Shown: positions 1 through 13,600 of the stretch, piece after piece
Numbering within the stretch: position 1 is the first letter of the stretch
Layout of the letters: every line of letters begins with the position of its first letter
Source of the DNA: a virus
Strand: one strand, 5' to 3'
IMG/VR virus record: IMGVR_UViG_3300020159_001918
Span: 8,201 to 72,200 of that record
DNA length: 64,000 nucleotides
Notes under the pieces: generated by a model
The model's input: only the letters and a program-made list of their open reading frames with translations
Databases searched by the model: none
What the model was told of the DNA's origin: nothing
Position numbers and translations under genes: made by a program

Positions 1-1
1 T

Positions 2-3000
2 TTAGAAGGTATGGATGCAGAAACATTGGTTGAAAGATTTGGCAGTAGGGAAAACGCTGTTAGAATTAGAACAACTGCAAGAAACCTACAGCAGATGCTG
101 TCATCGGGACAAGTAAAAGTTAACGAAATACCCGAACTCGCTAACCAGCTATTAAAACAAGCTCAAAGAGAAGCATTTGTAACTAAGAAAACATATAAGA
201 GATATGTCGGTGGAAAAGTTGATGACATTGACGTATTTAATTACGTAATGCCATATGCACAAAGACAAGCTATAGATACTGAAGGAGCAGTATCGAGACG
301 TGGTAAGAAAAAAGTTCTTGGCGTTACCGATGATACAACATTTGGTAGGTTCACATCTGATTCTGGAGATGAATTATCTTTATTTAAATTTAGACACGTT
401 GGACACAAAATGCTACTTCCAGACATTGCTTCTACGAGTTTAGGTTTATATGAAGCTGGTGGTGGATTCGACTTAGACGACAAGTGGATAACTAATTTGC
501 AATCAGTTAAAAATTCTCAAGGTGTGAGACAGCTTGTGGCATTTGCTTGGCGTCAACCAACTGGACCTCAAGAATTTGCTTTGTTATCGCCACACTTAGA
601 TGAAGGTACGATAATGAGAATGTTCGGAGACGAAACTCAAATGGGACAAAAGTTTAGAAGTGTTTCTAACGCAGTGTCTGAAATGATAAATGATAGAACT
701 GGATTTATTCAGAGTCTTTCATTTGATTTAAGTGATCAACCTTCAGCTGAAGCTATGGAATTATTGAGTAAAGAAGATAAAATATTTAAATACTTAAACG
801 CGCTAGCTCATGGACAGGAACCTATAGCAAAGCATTTTAAGCAGTCCGCTGGAGATATAACTCAAGAAGATTTACAAAGAGCGATATTTAAATTAGTTGA
901 TTTAAATGGAGAGGGAGAGACAGGAAAAATAGTTGACTTATTTGATGGACAAGTCGGTGTTAATGTAGATGACTTTGCAAATAAATACATGGGGGCTGGG
1001 ACAGATGGTGTTAAAGCTGTAAAGCATAAATATCTGAATATTGGCGCAACATCAAAAGTAATACTTGAAAAAGCAGCTTCGACTAAAGCTGGAACAATGT
1101 TAGCTTTAAACATTGACGAAGCACTCAAAACCGGAGACGCTGGACTCATAGCTAGTTATAGGCAAAGTAGTTTAACTCAAATTTTAAAATCTTCAGCGGT
1201 TCCTGAAGCAGATGAAAATTTTATTAAAGCAATTGAAAAAATATATGATTCAAATGTAGGGGCAGGCTCTTACAAGGAAGCGTTTAAGAGAATATCTACT
1301 GAATCAGCAGATAGATCAATGACGCCTATGGAATTTGCTATTAGAATGTCGGGAAGAATGGCTAGGGGTGAATCAGAAGAGATAGCATTGCGGAGCGAGA
1401 ATTGCCCTTGATTCAATGTTCCAAGCATCTGGAGTGAAGTCAATGTCATCTGCTCGTGGAGAATTAGGCAAATATGTTAATAGACTTGGTTGGGCAGTAT
1501 CTTCAGAAGAACAAAGACTGGCAGCAGCAGGTAGAATAAGAGATTATGCACGCACCAATGCTCTTCCACAATTAGAAGAATTAGCTACAAAGCTCGAAGC
1601 TGCTACATCACTTGTATTTAATCCAGAAGGTGCAATCGACGCTGCAGTAGGCGCAGATATGAAAATAAATCTGCTTGCAACAAATAAAGAACTACTTATG
1701 GCATTTAATCTCACTAGAGAAGCTGGTTTTTCTGAAGAGATGGCTCAAACAAGTTTATCAAACGCAATTTTTTCTCTTATGTCAGAAGATGATACTAAAG
1801 AATTAATGAGAATAGCAAGAGCAGCGGGGGTTGACACTAAAGATATGGATAGTCCAAGTATTGTTAGAGCAGTACTTGCAAAAAATAATAAAGCTAGTCA
1901 AGAACTAATTGGTTTAGTAAATCTAACATCAGAAAACGTAGGAAACGCACTTGTTTCTAATACGGCAAAGCAAATGGGAATGATAAGAGCACTACAAGAG
2001 TTGTATCCTGACATAGATTTTAGCGGAATAGGAATGGTTGGTTTTGACGAGTATGCCACACACTTAAAACTATCGGGCATAACGAGTAAAAAAGAGTACG
2101 GTGATATCAACAGAGTATTGGATTCCATTGCAGATGGAGGTAGAGAGGTCTACGAAGCACACGGAATGGAAATGCCAGAAGGTAGCGTGATAAGCCAAAT
2201 AAACAATTTAACTAGAGCTGGAGGAAAGGGAAAGAAAGTAAAAGGAGAGCAAGTTAAATTACAACTTCTCAAGATAATGGGGTTAGATGACGATGGTAAA
2301 GAAAATTTTGGAACAGTAAACGTAGACGACGTTATGCAAAGTGCGATGAAAGATATGGCTTTAGAAGAAGATAGATTGGGAAGAATAAAGTATAATCCTT
2401 TTGCTCCGTCTGAACCATTAGCTGCCAGGCTTAAAACAGGACCACTAGATCAGGCCATGAAGGACTTAACAGACAATCTTACAGGTCGTTTAGAGGGCGG
2501 TGAATTTTTTGGAAAATCAATGCAAGATTTAGTTATTGAAAATAATCTTTTAAGAGAAGTTAAAGACGTTAACTTCAATATGTCTACGCTTAATCCTGGT
2601 GGAAAGTTGGCAAGCAAATTAGTTGAGAGAGGTGTATTATCTCAAAACGACATAGATACTTTATTAAAACGACAATCACGTAGTTCTTTTGATCAGGCAA
2701 AAACTATAGTTATGGGCAGATTAAAGGCATCAGAAAATTTTGCTCAACAAGAAGCTGGAACTGCTATTCAAGAATTCTTTACAGCTCACATCCAAAGATT
2801 TATGGATAAAGAAGTAACAATTGGACCAGAACTAGTTATGGAAAAACTATTGTTTGAAATAGAAGAAATGAAAAACGCAACACGTATGTCAAATCCTAGT
2901 ATGATCCAAGAGACTCTCAGTTCCATGGGGTACATGTTGGAAAATGTGTTAAGCTCAGATAAACCAATTGTAATTGAAGTACCTGGAATGGAAAAATTTT

Positions 3001-4152
3001 CTGTTCAACAACTCTCTGCTTTTGTAAGAAATAAAAATGAATTAATGTTAACTGGTTTTTTAGCACAAAAACAAACTGATGATATGGCTGTTTTAATTAA
3101 AGCACTTTCTGACAATCGCATGATTACTGATCTAGATCTAGACGTTCCAGAAAACTTAATGAATAAAGATTTTCTGTCTAAATTATTTCAGGTAGATAAA
3201 AAATCAGCAACAAATATTGAAACAGGACTTTTAAAATCAATTCCAAAACTGGTTAACGCAGAAGAAGTACAGCAAGTTTTAGATGGCATGGCTGGTTCAT
3301 CAATAGACTTGGAACTTTTAGAAGACTTTCTTGCTTTTGACGGAGATAATTTAGATTTAGAAGGAGGTATTATTGGTCAAAGAATTAGAGACGCTTCTGC
3401 TGGTAAAACAGAAGAAGAAATTGCGCAAGAAATTACAAATAGAATAAGATTAATTGGCACGATTAGAAAAAGATACACCGCACAATTAGAATCTCAGCGT
3501 CCAGAATATCTTGCATTTGACGCTATGCTAGAGGGTGGTGAGGCAACAGCAGAGGGTATAGTAACCCCTACTCTAAGATCGGCTCCGGGAGAAAGGCCAA
3601 TGGAGACGATAGATGAAGCAATAAGAAAAATGGTAGATGGTTTTAAGCTTGAGGCTGATGAAGAAACAGAGAGATTAGCTAGGTCAGCTGTTAGTAGTAC
3701 ATTTGCTGACACTGGTCCAGTTGCTTCTGGAAAGTACACCAGAATACAAGACTTTATGAAGTCACCACAGATGAGAGAGCTATATGAAGGAGCATTAAAA
3801 AATAAAGGAAAGATAGCTGGTGTAGCTGCAATAGCCACTGGTCTTGCAATCTTTGGATCAATTAACAAAAAAGAAAGAACACAAGAAGCAATGTCTGGTC
3901 CTCCGTTGTTGCCAGGGGGCAATCCATATGAGAGAATTCCAAATTCACCAATGGGATTTTCAGACGCGCCAATTTCGCAAAATGGTCAAGGAATGTCTTA
4001 TAACATATCAGTAGATGGAGATCAAGACAATATAGAACAATTTATGAATAGAGCGCGGATTAGTAACAAATGGGAATGTCCAAGGTACTATGCATGATAG
4101 CCTCCCTTCTTTAGGACGTAATCCTTACGACGATATAGCGGGTTCTTTCTAA
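2..4152 (+). CDS. Large phage structural/tail-associated protein, 5' end outside window; one gene reconstructed across two +1 shifts at CGGA (1391-1394 and 4056-4059); at least 1379 aa from M11
   Basis: ORFs 11..1411 and 1416..4097 join at CGG 1391, then at CGG 4056 into frame 1 ending TAA 4150-4152 (...NRA-[CGGA]-LVTNGNVQGTMHDSLPSLGRNPYDDIAGSF). First in a run of virion genes. Confidence 0.75.
1391..1394 (+). other. +1 recoding site / four-base codon CGGA
   Basis: ...gca ttg CGGA gcg aga att gcc ctt gat...; target frame has TAG at 1383-1385 and source frame has TGA at 1409-1411, so the shift must occur in about 25 nt. Confidence 0.85.
4056..4059 (+). other. +1 recoding site / four-base codon CGGA
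   Basis: ...aga gcg CGGA tta gta aca...; target frame has TGA at 4045-4047; shifted frame ends at TAA 4150, 26 nt before the next gene start. Confidence 0.8.
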
Positions 4153-4178
4153 TTTTAAATTAAAGGATAAATTATTTT

Positions 4179-4644
4179 ATGGCTGATAACCTTCCTACTG
4201 GATCTGGTGGGGTCGCTAAAACTAACGCCAACCTAGCAGCAGCTGCTTCGGGACCAAAAGCTAACAGTGGCACCCCTAGCCCGGCTAGCGCAACGATTAG
4301 TTCACGGACTAGCTAAAAGAACTAATGATTCAAGGTCAGCAAGTATACATGGATACTCTCCAGAAGCTGGAGCACCTTCTGATCCGCTAAAAGGATCATA
4401 CGAAGGATACATGAATTCATCTCCAGCTTACATCCAGACTAATGGAGCTGGTTATGACAATCCAGCAAATCAACAAGCAAGATACAATAAAAAAAGCTTT
4501 TCTCTTACTGGTGATTCTTTAGCATTTAAAAATTCAAATAATATAAAAAATTCTGCTATAATAGATAACTATTCAAGTTCTTTAAAAAAAAATTCTTCTG
4601 GAGATAGATTGTCACAAATGCGTAAAATAGAAGGAATGTTTTAG
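4179..4644 (+). CDS. Small virion-associated protein, 154 aa after +1 shift at CGGA 4305-4308
   Basis: ATG 4179 after AAAGGA; MADNLPTGSGGVAKTNANLAAAASGPKANSGTPSPASATISS-[CGGA]-LAKRTNDSRSASIHGYSPEAG...; unshifted frame stops at 4316. The first part is missing from the supplied ORF track. Confidence 0.75.
4305..4308 (+). other. +1 recoding site / four-base codon CGGA
   Basis: ...att agt tca CGGA cta gct aaa aga act...; source frame stops at TAA 4314-4316. Confidence 0.8.
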
Positions 4645-4653
4645 GTAGCATCT

Positions 4654-7600
4654 ATGACCATTAATCAACAAGCATTCGATTATATAAAAGAACAGTTTAC
4701 CACCAAGCAGCAAGCGGACGATTACGTTCTTGAAATTCAACAGATAACATTAAACGCAAATTCAGAGATATTACCTGGGCCAGCATTATTTAAATTAGCA
4801 ACAATTATACCTGGCTTTGAAGGCACAATAGGTGTGTGGGCTGGTATTCGATTGCCATGGGGTATTAAAATTGCTCCACCTGATTTTAACGACATTGCTT
4901 GGCGAAATGCAGCAATTAGGGCACTTAAAAGACAGGGTACAAGAACTGGCGAAAATCCAGTAGATTATATAGTCAATGAGATCCTAAAAGAGTTTGATAA
5001 AAAAATACCAACTAAAAATATTGACCTAACAGATGTAGCTTACGCAAAAGCATTTGAAGCATGGTATAGCGCTCCGTACTCTAAGGTTGATTCATGCTGG
5101 CACTATATGGAGTCAGCTACAATAATGGCCAGCTTTATTGCACAAAGAGTAAAAGATTTTAATATAGGTAGCGATAATTCAGCAGACACTCCACAAACAC
5201 CAGAAGATGTTCAAGAGCCTCCAGCAGTTGAAGAAGATTTACTTGGTCCATCAGTAGAAAGAGCAGCGGTTTTAGAAGAATTTATACAGCGTGGAGCGGC
5301 TATAATTGGTTTTGATAATCATGATAATTCTTATTCGTCAATTAGTCAGTATTATGAAAATTTAGTAAGAAAAAATAATGCAAGCTTTGTTTATGATAGA
5401 GCTTTTCAAGATAACTATGTTAATCAATTTATAGCAGTTGCATCTCCAACTATGGATATAATTAAATTGAATGACACTTATCAAAAATCTTTATTTTATA
5501 AGATTGAAGCGTCAGGTCTTTTTGATCTATTAAGCTACATCGACGCAATGCAGGCATATGGTAGAATTAGATTATCTACTCTTGAAAGAGTTAAAGGTAG
5601 CGCCGGTGCAGCAAATGTTCTAGACGGAGTAAGAGATACTGGTTGGCTTCAGCAGCTTACCGTTGTTCTACAAAGGCTTTCTAGAGACCCTGTAACACTA
5701 GCTACCATCTATAGATATTTCCCAGAACTAATTAACTTTTTCTTTGCTGCATTAGCAGCAACAGCTGACTATTCAAATGATGGAAAAGGTGGCGGCTCAG
5801 AAGATAAACTTAATCAGGGTCAAGCAGTATTAGATGATTTAATGGCTGCTCTTGGTCAAGAAAAAGGGCAAACTATATTTACCGGAGCTTGGGATTTAAT
5901 CAATACTGGTCAAAGAATAGAAAAAGCTATTGCAGAATTTCCATTTAGGCAAAATATTCCACCATCTTCTCCAGACATATTTCATCTTAGATTAGGGGCA
6001 TCTAATTTTTATGTTCCACCAATTGGTATTGATGTTCAGACTCAATTTAAAACAAGTAGCATGGGCGAAGGCGCGCTAAGACAAAAAAATAGTCCAAAGT
6101 TTAATTCTGGATACAAGCATACGACTATTAGTATGCAACTATTCTTTCCTAACTATGAAGAGATATGGGGCATCTCAATTGAAGACGCTTCAAAAATTAG
6201 TCTTAAAGATAACTTCACAATAGATTTTAGTGGCAATGGTGACAATGAAGAAAAGATAGACAAGTTTCTTTCATCTTTAAGAGGTTTAGTTGCCGCGTTT
6301 AAATACGCTCCATTTCTTCCAATTAGAAATCATTATGTAAATTCCGTATATGGAATAACTGGCGTTGCTCTTCAAGGTATGTCGATTTCCACAATACCAA
6401 GTTATCCGTTTGCACTAGTCGTTACATTGAATCTATATAACTTTAATCACAAGCCGTTTCTGCCGATGCTTAATGACTTTAATCAAGCTATTCACTGGGG
6501 TAAGTTTAGACAGTATATGGGCAAGGCAGCTGGAGCTCTTCATAATTATATAAATGAAGAATTCTTAATGTTTGGCAGAGAGGGTCTTATTAATGCAACA
6601 AAAGACGCAATGGTCTCAGTTGCTGAAGCAATGCTTGATACCGATAGAGACGGAGATGTCACTCAGGATGACCTGAGAGGCATGCAGGCGGCTTCTGATA
6701 GGCTCTCGGCCCAAGCTGGAATATCTCCTTCTAAGATTGTTAACGATGCTCTCCTTGGCTATAAGAACGAAGTGTTTACAACTAACGTAGTCAGAGAATG
6801 GACAAACGGTAGCAACCTATCATTCTACATGCCAGCCGAAACTCAAACTAAAATATTTACTCCAGACGTATCTGGTTTCCAATCTGCTGAAGAAAAAGGT
6901 TTGTCTGAAACAGGTAGAAGTTTTTGGAACCAGATGTTAGCTAACTTTGGTATAGACATAAATGAATCAGCTGGATATCATAGAGAATTAGATTCAGTTA
7001 TAACAACCTCTACTGGAAATGTTGTTGAGTTTACCGTAAGTCAAAAAATACTACAGAGCATAGACATACTAACTGCAGGAAGAAATACAACAGATTTTCA
7101 AAAAAAGGCTTATGATTTTATTATAACAAGTTTTATATTTCAGAATCAACTGCAGCTTGACTCTGACAGGAAAGCTTACTTAAGAGATTTCGATAGGATA
7201 GAAAACGCATATGAAGATGTGCAAAGATATGTTTTTGGGGCAATAGTATTTAAAGATGAAACGCTATCTCAAATAAAATCTTTCTTTAAGTCTAAAGCTT
7301 TAAGCACTAGTTCATATCTTGACTTTATGGTTGATGAATACTTGGAGAAGAGAGCAATAAATGTTGGAAAGACCAACGATGCTGATTGGAAAAAACAAGA
7401 AAGATCTTTAATTAAAGATCAGTTTGCAGCTGGCTATAGCGCTATGGTCTATGAAAGATTCTTTAAAGCTGGACCGATCAGAGATTTGATGGAAGCAGCT
7501 AGAGAAAGAAATGGAAGTTTCCACATAAGAGAGTGGGAAGTCCCAATGATAAGAGTTGACATAGATCCAGCTAACGCAATTGTTACTGACGTTTCTATCT

Positions 7601-10600
7601 CAATGAGTAATAACATAATCCCGCTACAAGTACAGATGCAAGATGAGCCAACGTATCAACACATTGGTGGTGGAGATAGTTATATAAATATTTCCATGAA
7701 AGTTTTTGGTGAAAAAGAATTAATAAAATTAAGAAAAATATTTGATCATATTAATGGATTAGCTAGGCTTGAGAATGCAGCTGGAGTTATGGGCTTCTTG
7801 GGAATTAAGAATATAATAACAGCTTTAGCTGGAGTTAAATATGTTCTTCCTCTGTCTTTTAACGTTTCAACTATTCCAAATTTTCCACATGTCTATGATG
7901 TTTCTTTAAGGCTAGTAGACTTTGACATTTTTCAACAAAAACGTGAACAGTTATCTTCTGATCAACAAAGAAAGATGATTGAAGAATTTGGGACAAAGAA
8001 AAATCCATTCTTAAGAATGAAGCAACTATGGGGCTCATTTAATTCATATCCAGATTTTCCATTAGAGATTAGAAATAAAGACAGCGAAGTTGTAGGATGT
8101 CTTGATCCAGATTTCTATTTTAGAAGTTTTGAGATGTTTGATAGAGACGTTATACATAGCGTAACCGATAATAAAGGTAAGCTTTCTAGACTTGATACAT
8201 TTAACGTTGATCCATCTCAAGAAGTAACCGTAGTAACTCAATATGGATCAACCTCATATAAGGGTTCTGCGATCATTGCTAAGTTCAGAGAGTATATATT
8301 AAATGACCAATTAGATGAACTAAAAGCTTATTCTAGAGGAACCTTAGGATTAAAGGCTTCAGAAACAGCTTCTTATATATTGCAAGTCTTAAAAGATGTT
8401 GATCAACCTTATGATAAATTCTTATTAGACTATGTAGACTCTTTGGATGAAGGTGAGTTTGATACTAAAGATTTAGCTGATTCTAGTTGGAGAATATCTT
8501 CAGGTCAGTTAAGAGGTGGAGATTTATCAAGTTCTAATGAAGAAGCAAGAGCAAAATTACAAGCCGCACTATCTGGAAATCAAGAAAAAGATGGTTTTGC
8601 AGAAGACGCTTACGTAAGCTTTGATCCAGACGAGCTAGATGGACATGCTATTATAAACACTTTTCCAGCAGCAGCAGGTGCTTTTGATACAAAAATTCCA
8701 TCAATGATACACACCGCAGACGGGTATCAGTTTGGATATATAGATAAAAAGAATGGAAGATTTTACCTAACCGTAGATGACGTTGCCGTTAAGAAAGATA
8801 GCTCAGTTGAATATGTGGGGATAACCGACACTCAGACACCAGATGTCGGAACAACAAAATCGCTAACCGGAGTTCCTGGAGCAAAAGCACTATCTGAATA
8901 CCAATACTCATATTCATCTGGAGATGAGGGTAAGCCAGAGACTATGAAGTCAAATGGTAACTCAAAAAGTGTTACTGATCACTGGGAAAAAATGATGATA
9001 GATACTCAGTACAGAGATATATCAGGAAGAATGATCAGGGCATTTCCTACATATATGCTTTGGTTGATAGATGAAAAGAATTTTGCCGGCACAAAACTAT
9101 TTGATAATTTCTACGGATTACAGTCTATAATAGATTTTTCAGTAGTATCTTCTGAAGATATCTTAGGTGATACGCTAGTATTTAGAGCTTCCAATATGTA
9201 CGCAAAGCTCTCTACAAAAGAAGCTACAACAATATTCAGTGGAAATGGTGAGACTGACGCTAAGCCTGGTGTAGATAAAATATCACTAACTTCAGGCCTT
9301 GAACAAGTGATTGATAGAACTTTAAATTTTGCAAGAAATCAATTAGGTCATATGGAAAGTCAATACATTGTTGACATAGAAAACATAAGACTTAAGCCAG
9401 GTGTAAGAGTTCACCTAAGAGTTGGTTATGGCGCAAATCCAAACTCACTTCATACAATATTTAACGGTGTAATAACTGAAGTTGAATTAGGAGAAATAGT
9501 TACTGTCACATGTCAATCTGATGCTATTGAACTTAGTCCAGTAGTAAACTCTGTTGACAAAAAGGGATCTAGCGGTCATATAGATGGCGGTCTTAATACT
9601 GGATTGTACTTATCTGAACCAAGAGATTTAATGGTTAGACTTCTTTCGATGGGCACATCTAGAACAAGAGAAGCTTTTGCTCATGCAACAAAAGGAACTG
9701 TATTTTCTGAAAATAAATTTGGGATCAAGCACTTCGGTATGATGCTATATGAGCCTTTGACAGATGAAGAGCGAAATAAAAACTCTGGCATCAGAAACGC
9801 AGCTTCAGATGCATTTCTGGCAGTTGGTCAGGGTAGCGGCATAACTGGTGGAGCTGGTACGGTAGCTGGTGTTTTAAATCCATTTGGTGATAACTCGAAT
9901 GGAACTGGAATAGGTGGATCGCCATTTGGTATTGACGTAAGATTACCAATGGTTGGAATAATGAGAACGATGTGGTCAAACTTCGCATCACAACCAGATC
10001 TAGAATTGTTTAAGAGAAATATTTATCCAGGAAACGGAACTGGTGTAGCTCAATTTCTTGGTGGAGACTTAGGAGACGGTTGGTCAAACGCAGCATCTTT
10101 AACTCCCGAAGACATGCCAAATCCAAGATTAGAATATTTAAATAGACTTACAGATTCTTCATGGAATAATTTACTTCAAAGATATGATGGAGGATCAGAA
10201 AATGCCTCAGCCGCAATAGATAATCTAACACAGGGAATGGAAGCAAGAGCCAGTGGCGGAACTGCAACAGCAGTGCTTGGTGGAGGACTGTTGGCAGCAG
10301 GAGCCGCATTAGCTATTGGTACAGGTGGTATTGCGCTTCCATTCATAGGTGGAGCTATGGCAGTTGGTGGAGGAGCATCTTTGCTTGGAAGCTTAACTGG
10401 TAGAGGTGGCGTAAATATCTGGAAAACGTTTGGTTTAGTTAGCGATCTAGACGATGATATGCCTGGATTTGATGAAGTTTCATTTAGAGCGCAAACATAC
10501 ATGAAATCTGTTTGGGATCTTTTTCAAATGTGCGCAAGACTACTTCCAAACTACATCGTTGCAGTAAGACCGTTCGAAGACAGATCAACAGTATTCTATG

Positions 10601-13600
10601 GCAAACCACACTGGTTATATACGTCAGCAGTAGTCCCAATCACTACTGGTTTTCCTTCTGAAAAAAGAGCTGTAGAACTGGGACTAAAGACTCCAAGTTA
10701 TAGAAGTCCAGATTCTGAATTAATGGATCTCTTAACAAAAGTTAACAAGCAATCAAATTCTACTGCTGATTACGAAGCAATGAGGCAGGCGCAAAATCCA
10801 TCGATATCTATTTCTGAAATAGTTAGACAACAATCATCATACTCGGATATATATGCACCTGCTGGAATATTAAGAGGTAAAGTAATTAACTTCTTGGATC
10901 CTTTTAGAACCGCGTACTACGGAAACAATAAAACAACAAAAGAACAATTATTTAATGATATTATATCGGTAATACCAAAGAATAAAGGTTACGTAACAGT
11001 TGGTTTTCACTTGCCAATAGATTCTAGTGGACAAGCATCTGAGTTAGATATTGAAAAAATAAAAGGTATACACAAAGAAATACCCCAAATGCCGCTTAGG
11101 TTTTCTTTCCCATTTTTCACAGACAGAGTTGCTGGAGCAGTTTTATTAGACTATGCATTCTACGCATTAAGCAGCAATAAGTCAGGAGAAGGTGATGACA
11201 GACTCAAGACTGGAACCATACATGATGGTGATAAAGATTTTGAAAAGTTAGGTCACGATACTTTATATACAACTTTAATAGATACAGAAGCAGGCCTACT
11301 TGCTGGTTCACTAACAGACAACCGTGAAGGTGGCTCTGAAGATGAATTCGTTATAAATCTTGCAGGAGTATCATTTACTGCTGCAGTTAATCCAATCAAT
11401 ACATTTGGTAATGATAAATTTATATTTGACTTAAACACAAGTGGAGTAGCAGGGAGCAAGTCGTTAATAAGAATGCCACTGCCTTCCTTAAAAGAGCAAA
11501 CTAGAGGATTGAATTCTCTTGAGGGATCTTGGGAGTACGAGTATATTAATCAAAATAGAATTACTTCTGGAAGTCCATTTAGTTACAGGGATTGGGGATC
11601 TCCAGTTAGCGCTCTTGATGAGCAATTCTATATAGCCATGAGATGGCCATATGAAATAACTGAAGATAAAGATGATGAAATATTTAAAAAGTTTAAAGAT
11701 AAATATTTCTCAGACAGAGATGTAAATCAATTTTATGGTAAACCAAAAGATTATAAGAACAGAAAAGTTTTAGTTTATAGTCCAACAACTAGAACAGCAG
11801 TTGTGTGTAAGCCAGCATACTTCTTGTGGGGAACAGATAAAGCTGACTTAATTAACGGCTCTTTAGCTGCAAATGATAATACAGATAGTGAAAATAGAAC
11901 TGATGATAATTTTATAAATTTTAAGAGTGATTCTTTTAAGGAAGTAGATTTAGCAGCAGTCGTTTCTCCAGATGCTGCGTACTACCTAGGTGTAATGCAC
12001 CTCACGGAAAATGAAAAAGAGTACTTTGGTTCAGAGAATGATAAAACAGGTAATGATAATAATCACGCAAATGCATCAGCCCAGGCATTAGCAAAAGCCG
12101 GACTTGCTCCGGTACCAATGCCAAGAGACTGCTACTTTACTTTTGTAGATGACAGTGTTCCAGTTGGCGTTGTAACAACAATATACAACCCAGCTAATGA
12201 GTTTAATTATAACGGTGAAACTCATGTTGACATGGATTACTACATTGGCTTTGGTGCCTTCTCGGCAGAGGGTGATGGAAAACTTATAGCAGAAAAAGCA
12301 AATAAATCAGGCATGCAGAAGCTGGGTATATCCGGTACAGCAGATAATCTTGAAAGACAACTAGAGCTATTAAATGAAAGACCAACAGCTTTTACGAACA
12401 CTCAATGGCAAGAGTATATTCCAGTAAGTGGAATAACACTTCTTGATCAAGGCCATTTTGCTGAAGCAGCCGCTAGAGGTGGAAACATCCTTGCTGGTAA
12501 AGAGCAAGAAAATAGTTATTTTGACTACATACTAAAGGCAGAGTACAGCGCTCTTGAAAGAGAAAAGTTATATGAAGTTTTAGATGGTGAGCTTAAAACT
12601 ACTGGAGATGAGGATTCTGGCGCTGGAAGAGAACGTTTTGCTCCTGTATATGATCCAGCTGCACCAGAATCCATAAAAGCTAGAGAGTTTTTTGATGAAG
12701 GATTTAGTCCAGCTACTCATGTAATAGCTGGAAATGGAAGAAATCTTAGTCAAGCAAATGATATATGGGATCAATTTAGATTTGGTTACCATAACGAAAT
12801 CTCAATAAAGAAAATATTTTTTGATGCTTTTGGCATGGATCCTGATGACACAACGCCGCTTCCGGATTTCTTAGTAGCAATATTACGAGATCCAAAAGCA
12901 AATCCAGATATATTTAAATTATTTAGTGCTAATGGTCCAGACAGTACGGCAGTAGATGAATTCAGTTTATTGCTTGGAAGCGATTTTATAGCAAATCCAA
13001 ATCAAAGAACTGGAAAACCATCTGGTACAGCTGATTCAATGGAGAGGCAGATTGAAACAGGGGTTGCATCATCAGTCAGTTCTGATACAGTTAAACAAGC
13101 CATAGAGTTCGCTAGAAAAAACTTAGTTGATGCACCTCTTGACGAAGGTGGGTTGGTCAGATATTTCGATGCTTTAACAAAAACAAAATATAAAAAATTA
13201 GGATTATTCTTACAGTCGCAATCTAATTTGTCTTTAATACTTGGTGCTGATGTTGGTGGTGGGCAGCCAAAAGCAGATGATATAATTAAAGATAACTTTA
13301 CACCAAAGCAAGTGTTTTTATTAATAGTTGGAATGTTTAGACAAGCAATGTGGCAGGACGCATATGCACGAGCTTGGTTGGTACTAAAACCAAACAGACA
13401 GTATACGAGTGATGATATGTGGGACTTTAGCCCTGTTCATAAAATATTTGCTGCATTTATCGATCCAAATCAAGACTACGCATCAAATAAAAGAAAGTTC
13501 TTAAAACTTTTAGCAGACAATAAAGGTGAGGGAAATAGTGCAGGTAACGTAGTTGGTGTACTAACTCATAATATTGATAAATTCTGGGATCAAAATATTG

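Noticed and set aside
1391-1443. Independent start for the second ORF at ATG 1443 (GGAG at 1431-1434) or a +1 site at CCT TGA (1406-1411), similar to known proline-codon +1 sites
   Set aside because: Both are locally plausible and cannot be excluded for this site alone, but neither explains the other ten sites, whereas CGGN explains all.
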